Positions 53,823 through 64,000 of a stretch of 64,000 bases of DNA are shown piece by piece. A program made the translations under genes and the position numbers. The notes beneath the pieces are model-generated. The model made no database searches. It was not told the origin of the DNA and worked only from the letters and a program-made list of their open reading frames with translations. Position 1 is the stretch's first letter, and each line of letters opens with the position of its first letter. Source of the DNA: Nemertoderma westbladi (lineage: Eukaryota > Animalia > Xenacoelomorpha); the NCBI GenBank assembly GCA_032718475.1, contig JAUCBJ010006289.1:1-64000 (forward strand), read 5' to 3'.

Positions 53823-54454
53823 ACCCCAGTTCCCTAGGCTGGTAATGCCTAGGCTTAATAACTCGATCCGTGTTGGACAATTAAACATTTGTCATTTTTG
53901 TAATTGAAACATGCTCAAAAATAGTAGAAATACACTTAAAATAATTGAAATATGCGCAATACATTTCACTATGAGTCGGTCGCAGAAATGATAGAAGATT
54001 ACATATGTCGAATCTGGATGAGGTATCAATCCAGGGGGAACACATGGTAGACATTAGGTAGTCGATAACATCTTTGTTGGTTGTCAAAACATTGATATTT
54101 ATATGTATTTATATATATATTTCATCATCAAATATGAATGATCTACATTAGCTCTCATTAATAGTCCCATTGTCGTATCTCATCTTCTTTCATATTCAAA
54201 TTATGTTTTATAATTAATCCTACTACCGGTACTTAATCCTGAGCGTAACAAACTCAAGGATGAAGTCTGCTATACTACTAAAAATACTACTACTATGTCA
54301 TGCGAGCTCAGACAAAAGTCTTTTATAACAAAATCCCTGCCAGAAAATACTGTTTAATTGAAAACTTAAAAAATACATGTATATATCATATTTGTAATAA
54401 TGGTAAATCCATAATATTCTGATAACACATATAAAAAAATGGAAAAATCTAGAT

Positions 54455-55361
54455 TTATGTATTCATTTCATATAAAATAACTCTTGATTTGGTACATATA
54501 ATTTTTTTAGCAGAATCCCATGTCAACTTAGTCACTATTTTATCATCAAAACGTATCCAGTTAGAATTTGAATTCCCTCTTACTATCGCAATATATTGAC
54601 CTGCTGATGAAGTTTGTCCTAGGTGAATTATGGCAGAATTTAAAGTGAACTTGTGATATGTTTTAGTTTTCACTTCCTACAGAGAGATTTCTGTTGGTGT
54701 GATAAGTTTTGTTGTAGATCTTAATGGTTGATTTTCATTTGCATAGCGTTCAACCCGGATATATATTACATGTGGAAGTATATAATATCCATTGGAAGAA
54801 TTATGCACAAAATTACCACATAAAGCACATCTATGATCGTCAGCATAAATCACCCCTATGTTTGTATTACTGTAGGTAATTGCATCTTTTAAATCTATGA
54901 TGGACAAATGCAAATGCTGTAAACAAAATATTGATGTAGATTGTGCCTTTATTAAGTAGTGTATCTCTTGCATTGGTGTTATTTTGGCAGACATCTCTTT
55001 TACATTCCACACCAGAAATAATTTTCATTTTATTTTCGATTGGCATACCCATACACATTATATGTGCAATGAATGCACGGAGACATTCATCCGCATCATA
55101 TTGATAGTTAAAATGCCAATCAGGTAACAGTTGCTGTATCATGTCAATTAGCGATATCATTGTACCTTCATCTACGTCATCATCTAACTGTGACAAACCT
55201 CTAAGTATCTTCCAAAATATTTGGAAAATGCATGGATATTGGCATGCTTCAGGCTCACAATAATGTATCTCATTTATTTTCAGAGCTTGTTGGATTTGAT
55301 GTAAATTAAATAATGATATGATACTTGAATTTATGAAACAAGTATTGCCCAAATTTTTCAA
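54455..55361 (-). pseudogene. USP/peptidase C19 deubiquitinase-like domain at the C-terminus of the helicase ORF
   Basis: Cys box MKNLGNTCFINS; QYDADE; His box IIHLG....GQY (catalytic H reads Q); W..FDD. Frameshifted. Confidence 0.8.
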
Positions 55362-56645
55362 CCCGACAACACTACTTTAACTGAATCACTATTCACAACC
55401 TGCAAAACTGTACATAATGGTTGATCAATGTATAAAGTAGGGGAGTTTGGAAGATTGATTTCCCATGCACTTTTACTCAAGGCAACAATTTCTAGAATAT
55501 TACTACCACTACTGCTACTATGTGTTACAAGTGGTTGGAGGTTAGTATTCTTATTTTGCAAAGCTGCATTTTTTTTACTTTCTACTACAGTATTATGTAT
55601 CTTTTTCAAAGACGAACTTTTTGCAACATTTTTTGCTGGCTTTGCTTTCATTGATTGTTGGTATTTATATATTTCATCCCTTTCAGCATTAGAGAGTATT
55701 CGTGGTGATTTGGACAATAGATACTCATTTGAATTAGACATTTTCAAAATAACCTCTTCGATCGCATTTTGCTTCAAAATATGTAGTGGTAATTGTGAAG
55801 ATAAAATTAGTTTGACAATAACATCGGTTGCAGATATACCTTCCTTCCATTGTTCACTTACTTTATCTGCAATTTTATTTTCCCTTTCAGTCCAGGTTGT
55901 CCCATAGCTGTCACCTTTTCCTACAGCTTCTTGCCGAAGAGTGATTTCTGCTTTTATCCTTAGGGACCACTCAAAGATTTGGGAATCAATCACATTTGGA
56001 TTGAGTCTTTTGAATTTTTACTTCCATATATGAAGGAAACTGACCTTCAGGTATATGCATGTCAGATAGTGCACTTACCCTGGAATTTGATACTAATACG
56101 AGCCCAGGTATATATGCATGCTCACGAACTGAAACTATATCCTTTTCGGGTGATGCACCCTGTCCTTTAAAAGCTGTCTGAGCATCAGCACCTTCTAAGG
56201 GATGTCCATATCTTATTTTTGGTACAGCCTTCTTTTTTGTTGTTTTTAGAGGCTGCCAGGTGACTGGAATTGGTACAAAATCTTTCATTTCTGGGTGTCC
56301 TAATATATTTGGACCACCCATATTTGAATAATTGCTTACTCTTATGACCTGGTAATCTGGAAGTGCTGGAGGGTTCTGTGGCAATTTAAAGGTTGCTTTA
56401 AATTCCTCAGGTAAATCTGCAAGCATTTCAATAGTTGCTGTTTCTCCATTTATTAATATCAGATTACTTCTAACAGGGAGTTGTTTAATTGGTGATGATT
56501 GAAGGTCAATGGGCTTTGTTGTCACCAGACCATTGAGTGCATTCTTAAGTATATTGTTTTTAATATTAAGTTCATATGTGTTATCAAAATATAATGGACC
56601 TATATATTCATATATTCCCCCATTAAAAAGTCCAAGAGCAGAATT

Positions 56646-59600
56646 CTTCCAGTAATATAATAGCAGTAGAAATAATTAATTAATAATACAGACAAATATT
56701 AGAAAACTATGTAATAATTAACAGATTAATAATGAAGTAACAGTTAGATGATAATAATGAAGTAACAGTTAGTTAGATGATAAGTACAGAGTAATTTTAA
56801 ATAAAGGTCTAGTGCAAAAAATACGTTAAAATAAGCTAGATGTCTAGAAAGCTGGAAGTTAAAAGTAGAGTTTAAAATGAGATAAAAATAACTTAAAGTA
56901 GCGGGGGTCGTCTAAAAAAATAAAATAAAAAGATACTTAATTAAAAAGAAAAGAAAATTAAATTAAATTAAAAATTAAATAAATAATTAAATACAAACAA
57001 CACAATACTACTCAATAATGTCGTAGAGGCCCTCGGTAGTCGAGTCCATCATGCCCATTATGGAGGCGGCGTTCCCGATAAGGATGGCGATCAGGATACG
57101 CTGGAGGAGGAAGCGCTGAGACCTGGGCTCCATGGTTACGGCGTGGAGCTTCCGGCCAACCTCCTTGAGGAAACTGGCGGTTTCGGGGCCGGGCTGTCCG
57201 AACGTTTCGAACGCCACCAGGTGGAATATGTAGCCCCTCCTAACCAGCCCCTCGTACTTCCCCGATTTCACAGCCTCTGTTTCCGCCGCCACACGACCCC
57301 CTCCGGCCTGACTGGAGGCGAGGTGGCTGGGCGCGAGCGGGTCCCAGACGGTAGCGTCCCAGGTGAGCAGGTGACCACTATGCCACGGGATGGATGTCAC
57401 ACCATCTACCCATTTGTTGCTGCCATCCCTGCAGAGACCCGGTGGTTCCAGGAGAGACGGTACTCCGCAGCTGGCCAATAATCGCTTCACTATGTCATTG
57501 ATCATAGTGTGTCTGGGATGCCGGCCAGCGCTTCTCTTACACAATAGACTGTGCAGACCATCCGCTTCAACTGGGTTAACGCAACGGGCGCAGCTGTGGG
57601 GTTCCATAACCTTGCATCCCAGCCTGGTAGCGATGGAGATCCGGAATTGTGAGTTATTAAGTTTCAGCCCGAGGGAGGAGGCTGGGACTGCGTCTAACCA
57701 GCAGCCCGCTACGCTGGAGCTTAACGAGTTCAGGCGGGCGATGTCGACTGGCGAGGACGACGAACAATGGAATCCTCGTAGATCGGCTGCATCCACGAAC
57801 TCTGCATACTGGAGGAAGGCGATGGATCACTCGCAGGGACGTGGGTTCTCCACTGCTCCAGGGCTCGGGTAATCGACTGGTCAGCGACGGTCTCCCGCGG
57901 CGTGAAGAGGCGCCCCGCCAGATCGGCACTAGCAGCCGCGGAAGCCAGGAAGGCGGAGGGTGCGAGCTGCGTAGTGCTGGTCAGGCCGAGGCCGCCCACG
58001 CGGGCGGGGAGACACGCCTGCAACCAGGCTCGGTCGTCGATTCTCGTGTTTGCTACCTGTTGGAGGGTGTCTCTCACAGTCCAGTCGAACTCAGCGAGGA
58101 GGTCGGGTTTTGCAAAGCATGGCGTGGTGCGGAGGAAATATGTCAACCGAGGGATGGAGAAGGAATGTTTGAGAAGGTAGAAGGCGTGGTGGGCTTCTAT
58201 GAGAGGGAGCCGCAATGTCAGCGTGGCTAGATCATCGACTTTACTGCGCAGACAGGACTGAATGGCTGCATCTCCTATCGGGGCACCCAACATCGTCAGT
58301 TCCCCTAAAGGGGGGGATCTATTCCTGCCACAAACCTCCTCGATAGCACTCAGGATGACCGAACGTGATTCCTCCGACTCAGGCCCGAGGAAGAACAGCT
58401 CGCACTTGGTGGGTTTCACCTCAAAGGCCGCACTTCGCTCCCTCTACAATGATGGTCCGGAGGTCGTTGTGGACTACCCGGAAGTCATCGCCAAGGTTAC
58501 CATCATCGAGGTACCAGTTGTTGAGCCTGAACTCCAGAGACTGTACTGCCGGGTTGATGGTGTCCCCGAAGAGTTTGGGCCCATCCGTGTCGCCCTGCTG
58601 GACGCCTTCGTCGGAGAGGAGGATGTTGTCTGACCCGCCGTTGATGAGGTAGCTGGACTCTCCGTACGCTACCAGAGTGTAGTTGTAAATGGCTGGGTAG
58701 CTCTGGAGGACTGTGTCTAGCATTGTGTCGCGGCGGATCGAGTTGAATGCATTGGCAAAGTCAACCTTTAGGAGGACAGTACCGGGATCATTTGGCGAGT
58801 CCACCATCCTTCTCGTTGCGTGGGCGGCTGCCTCCACACCACCCTTGGTCCCAATACCGAGCTGGACCGAGCCGTACGAGGTCATCCGCTCGCCCTTAAC
58901 CAATGTCCCAGCGAACTTTGAGGTCAGTCGGCGCAGGGTCAACCCGACGGCGATGGGACGGATTCCTCCCGAACTCTTCGAGAACGCGAAGAGGTTGGCA
59001 CCAAAGAATATCGGCCGCACACAGAGAGGAACTTCACTGGCGACAACGACGTCTGTAAAGCGGCATAGACTGGCGACTAACCGCGTCGCCATTGGTTGGT
59101 CCGATGAGTTCCTTGAATATTTGAGGCCGAATACCGTCCGGCCCTCCCACGCTACCGCAGGGAAACGAGAGGAACAGCTCGCGAACCACTCCCGGGGTGC
59201 AGGAGTTGGCAGTGGTCGGGATGGGTAGGGCCGGATCGCGTTTATCCACCGGACGACTGGGGTGTTTGAGCCGGAGCGAGTCGAGGGTCTCCTTCGTGTT
59301 TGGGGCTAAGGAGTCCTTGGAGGAGGCGATCCGAATGGCCCCTTTGATGTCGCTGTCCTCGATCTTCTCCGCGACGGCGGTGGCGAGTCGGGATATGTCG
59401 TCCTGTGTCTGTTTAGCACCACGAGCAGGTGGGTGTGGCTGGATGAGCAATGGGTCCAAAGGATCGTTGCGAAAGGTCTGGATCCTCCGGTTGACCTCTG
59501 GTGGCGCTTTCCACCCCGGGGCGGGGATGCATTTGTGTCCGACCTGGAGCAACTGGACCCAAACTCCGACATCTGATGGGTTGGTGACGATGGAGGAAAG

Positions 59601-60818
59601 AGTGTCCGAAAGAAGCTCGGCGAGGTTGTTTCTCGCGCCCTTCGGGAATTGTCTGAGTTGCTTGGAGCGACAACCGAGCAACTGTTCGAGCACCTCCATC
59701 GGATCGGTGATGTTAGTAGCCGATGAGACGGGCTGCTGACTGGAGGGGGCGGGCGTGGGGTAGCTGGTCGATGTACTGAGGAACGGTTTCTGTCCCCCAC
59801 CAGGGCACCTCAACCGATCAGCCTTGAACGGCCCATGAACTCGGAGGAGGCCATTCGAGTTCACCAAAACTTGCTTCCGGCATTCGGGACATAGTGGGAA
59901 GGACACCCCAGGCCCCGACATGGACGCGTCTACAGTGCTGGGTGTAGCGGAGGTGTCTGAGACTCGCGCAGGGTCACCCTGCGGAAGTTGGATAGGGTGA
60001 GGGGTGACTGGTAGGCATTTCGCGAGCGACTTAATATCCTGGAGGAGGAGTTCCCGGAATGGTTGGATGGTCAAGTCGTTGATGCACCGGGTAGATCCGC
60101 CCTCGATACACGCCTTGGCGAAGCAGCAGAGGTAAACTCCACATTGGTGCGAGTTCAATTGCCGCTTTATCAGGGGAGGGTCGATTGAAATGTTGGGGGC
60201 AGGGACGTTAAGCCTCTCAGCCTCCCGGGACGCCCACTCGACGATGGATCCGGTGACGGAGGTATTGGTGCCCCCCAATGAGTCGAAGTAGCAAAGGCGA
60301 GCCTTCTTAGGGTGGAGGACCGCCAGGACCCAGTGGTTGCCGTTGAGGTTGACGGGGAAAACGATCGTATCGAGCGCGAATATGTCGCAGTTCCGCGTCC
60401 AGCCTTTAACCGAATTGTATCCATGTTTAGGAGACATGTAGAGGTCATAGAAATGATGGTTGAAGACCTTTACATTCTCGTTAGCACTGGCGAGAGAGCA
60501 GAGGATGGTGTGGATTAAGTTGTCCATTAACCACGACTCCCCCCTGAGAGAGTCTATATCCCTCTTGTAGAGGGAAATGCCGGCCAGTTCAAAGACATCT
60601 TCGGCCAGATGAGGGGGGTCCTTGTTCAGGATGCTTTCTGATAGGATGATAACGCTGTCTTCGGAACTCATCTGGAGTAGGTAGAACGGCAATAAGATTA
60701 AAAATAAATTAAAACAATATGACAGTATCACAGTATGATTATTGATATGTTTACAAAGCCTTTTAGTCACTGCAGTACTGGTCGTATCGGTACAGTGCCA
60801 ACTGCAACTACAACTTTA
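56646..60818 (-). mobile_element. CRE-type (RLE) non-LTR retrotransposon with N-terminal Ulp1 protease
   Basis: Flanked by 7-bp TSD CAGAATT (56639-56645 and 60819-60825); GC-rich coding region; Ulp1 + zinc finger + RT + CCHC + RLE. Confidence 0.9.
57008..60671 (-). pseudogene. Ulp1(C48)-ZnF-RT-RLE polyprotein with three frameshifts
   Basis: Ulp1 WL-D..I, NHWVL, YFDSLG, Q-N..CGVY; C..C..H..C finger; RT GIRPIAVG, KVDFANAFN, GVQQGD, YLDD; C..C...H...C, RH..IND, DG...PW, WDAT, K..KY, ETFG. Confidence 0.9.
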
Positions 60819-61664
60819 CAGAATTTATATTTTGTAAAAGCATAACTCGTATTCCAGGAATTAAATATAATTTCGCACCCATACCACCAAAATCTTTAGC
60901 ACTCAAGGAACTTAAAAGATTTGATTGCTCTGCTGGCTGGTGAAATGAATGTGTCCAATGACCCAATGAATCCAATGACATATTGGATTGCCAGTATTAT
61001 TACGGAAATGTAACAGCGCTTTTGCATTAGCAGACTCCACAGTTTTTCTGTCAGGCGCATTCTCTTGCGCATAATGATAACCTAGGACAGTATGTGCATT
61101 TTGCCAGGCAAGATCATTCTTCACATCAATTGCACTTGCAGTATATTTTTTTTTAAAATCAACATGTTCCTGAGTATAATTACCAAATTGCATTTCTCTT
61201 AGTATTTTTGAAACAAAGTGATGGGAAATAGGTTCATCAGTTGAACTCTTTACTTCATCAAGAAATACTGCTTCAAAATCTCCAAATAAATAGTGTAGAG
61301 AACATTGCTATAGCCTCCAATTCATCAGTTGTACGAGGAACCCTGGCATTTTTGGCTGCACATTTTTGCCATATTTTGTATCCAGGGATTGTAGAAAGAG
61401 GAGGCATTCTAAACAATTGGCGAAATGTATCAATACCATTGACTGAAAGAGCACCAATATCCCTACCTTCCTTGGTATGTGTATGTATACTCCATATTGG
61501 TAGATCTCCTATTGGTAGAAGTTGGGCTGGATCACCCACAAAGACAATTCCTATACGTTCTAAATCTACTTTAACGTCCTTCAACCTATCAAAAACTGCT
61601 TGGAAAAGAGATCTGCCAAACATGGTGAATTCATATGTGACAATAAGCATTAGATCTTCTCAAG

Positions 61665-64000
61665 TTTCAAGTTTATTATATTTCATTCTCCTACTGCATA
61701 GTACATAGATACTTTAACAAACAAGAACCATAATAAAAATAAATCAACATAAAGCCCCACCCTTGCTGATAGCAGAGCTAGTGCTGCGAGGGTGGACACT
61801 TTTTACAGTAGGGGGGGGGGGGGGGGGGGGGGGGGGCGTGCTATTTGCTTATAATTTTGAATAATTTAGAAATATATTGTAAAACTTAAATCTTAAGTAA
61901 CCATCTATTTTTACCTCGGGTATTAAAGAGCAAGAGACAATATTAAAGAAAGAAAATAAAAATTGTTGAAACAAACAGAGAATAACCATTACAAGAAAAG
62001 AAAGTGGTGGAAGATGGAAATATAAGAACGAACAGTAGGTATAAAAAATGTGACTAAGAGGATATTCAAATGTTTATTAGGAAAATATTTTAGACCGAGC
62101 TGTTATCATTGTAATAAATTGGAAAAAATTGACCTTTTTAGAGCAGATGAAAATTTGTTTTTTGATTTTTTTGAACGAATGTCGAGTGGCACCGAGTTCC
62201 AAATGACAGGACCTCGAAAACTCAGGGATCGTCGAAGAAGGACATATAGTTTCGGAGTTAATATCGTACATGAATTTTGCGACGGAGTGTTCGTATAGTT
62301 TGTTAATGGGTAGTATATTCAGTTTTTTGTAAAGCGGCAAAGAAGATGATCGATAGTGGGAAAATGTTATACAACGTAAGAGTTTATTAACTTTGATTCG
62401 TAAAGGTTTAAGTATTGTTGAATATGTATTACCCCACAAGATAATTCCGTAGTTAATGTATGGATGTACTAAAGAAAAGTATAAGGTTTTAAGAATATTT
62501 AGAGGAAATACATAGCGCAGTTTGTAAAAAATTCCGGAAGATTTAGATATTTTTTTCAGAATATAATGTGTGTTTTCCAGGTTAGTTTTGAATCGACCCA
62601 TATCCCCAGTAATTTAGTGCTATCGGTTAAATTTATTTGGGTGTTATCTATTTTTATTTGTGGTACAGAATTGGAGGTCATTAGGGTACTGTTTGTAAAA
62701 ATGGTATATTCAGTTTTTTTTAAATTTAGTAAAAGTTTGTTATCAGTTAACCAGTTATTTAGTTTTGAAAGTTCATTGTTCGTGCTGTTGAGTAGGTAGT
62801 GAATGTTCCGTTCCTGTTAAGTGAATGTTAGAATGTGAGTTTAACAGAGTTGTATCGTCAGCAAAGAGTGTCGAAAGTAACTTTGTAACATTCGGTAGGT
62901 CGTTGATAAAAATAAGAAAGAGAGTCGGGGACAGGACCGAACCTTGGGGGACACCGCAAGACAGTGGTAGGAGGGAAGAGTTCTGACCATCTATTGTAAC
63001 AAATTGATAGCGGTCGGTTAAAAAATTTTTAAAAAGATTTAATGGGGTGCCTCTGACACCATAGGCCTCCAGCTTCTTTAGTAGTATACTGTGGTCCACG
63101 GTGTCAAAGGCTTTTTTCATATCTATATAGACAGCGCAAGTATGAAAGTGAGAGTCAAACATGGAGTGGATCTGTTCAGTTATAGAGAGAAGTGCATGAG
63201 CAGTAGAAATTTTTGGTCGGAATCCATATTGTGATAGAGTGATTATATTGTATTTGTTTAAGTAAGATTGTAGTTGTTCATTCAATATTTGTTCTAGAAT
63301 TTTGCTAAAGATTGGAAGAAGGGAAATAGGACGGTAATTGTTAGGATCGTACGGGTCGTCAGATTTGTAAACCGGGATGACTTTGGCAGTTTTTAAAGAG
63401 TCTGGAAAAAAGCCATGCGAAATTGAAAGGTTAAATAGAGAGCATAAATGGTGGGAGAGAGGTTCGGCGGCAAGTCTAATGAGTGAAGGGGGAAATGGAT
63501 CGTTAGTACTGCAATTTAGCTTAAGTTGAAGAATTTTATATTGTACCTCAAGAGGAGATGTTTCGGCCAGAGAGAAAGAATTAGGTCGGGTATGGGATAA
63601 ATGGCGGAGTGGGGACGATCTAGGTCGTGTTGGTAAAGTACTTTGCAGTTTGGGTCCTACAGTAGCAAAATGTTTATTAAACGTTTCGGCAATTTCTTTA
63701 GGGTTGGAAATAATTTTGGAATGGATATTTGTTTTAATGATTAGTTTCTTTGGGGATAATTTCGCTGAAGATTTATGAAGTACGGAGTTAATAACAGTCC
63801 ATGTTTTACGGATGTTGTTGGAATTTTGTTCAAATTGCTTAGAGTAATATTTTTTTTCAGCAGCCCTAAGTGTAGATGTTAAACGATTACGGTAAGAATT
63901 GAACAGCAAGCGGTTAGTTTCAGTTTTATTTTTTATGTATTTACGGTACAGTTTTTCTTTAGTTCGTATAGATTTAAGCAAATTCTCAGTTATCCATGGG
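61665..64000 (-). mobile_element. CR1/L2-group LINE, RT and 3' end, truncated by the window edge
   Basis: NYRPISLLP, QYGFR, DMKKAFDTVDH, GVPQGS-L-P-LF..FINDL, LFADDT, YGI-LWG; 3' UTR with a stem-loop near 61757-61795. Confidence 0.92.

Larger units (their letters stand above)
54455..61660 (-). mobile_element. Helitron-like element: Pif1-family helicase plus USP, frameshifted, split by the CRE insertion; 5' part replaced by a LINE or outside the window
   Basis: LIVT(Y)EFTM (Walker B), FVGDPAQLLPI, G-RVMLLQNINSALGLFNG (after removing the insert), PLEGADAQTAFKGQG, GLVLVSNSRV. No Rep/HUH domain visible. Confidence 0.7.

Noticed and set aside
54455-55361. Host USP gene
   Set aside because: Intronless, frameshifted and contiguous with the Pif1-like helicase frames.
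57143-60518. Antisense and alternative-frame ORFs in the CRE element
   Set aside because: Same GC-rich shadow-frame effect.
1-64000. Prokaryotic defence system, operon, rRNA or tRNA genes
   Set aside because: No such sequence recognised; content is eukaryotic TEs plus one lipase. PBS motifs are only short tRNA-complementary sites.

Overview
AT-rich eukaryotic (probably invertebrate animal) genomic window that is almost entirely a nested graveyard of transposable elements. There is one clear host gene, an intronless acid-lipase family CDS (16882-18294, -). Recognisable elements: two Kolobok/'Mutator-like' DDE transposase relics; a split uncharacterised DDE transposase; Merlin; a complete P/THAP element with TIRs and a 7-bp TSD; a GalEa-type copia relic; a Penelope fragment; two CR1/L2-type LINEs; piggyBac-like, pogo, Harbinger, foldback and HINE-like non-autonomous elements; and an intact GC-rich CsRn1-type Ty3/gypsy element with identical 115-bp LTRs. 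The most striking region is 52.9-61.7 kb. There, a Helitron-like Pif1 helicase fused to a USP (C19) deubiquitinase is split, with a 7-bp TSD, by a CRE-type retrotransposon carrying a Ulp1 (C48) protease. Downstream on the same strand lies a complete type III hammerhead ribozyme with complementary loops. Two degenerate Penelope-type minimal hammerheads with covarying stem II are also present. All calls come from reading motifs by eye; no database searches were run.
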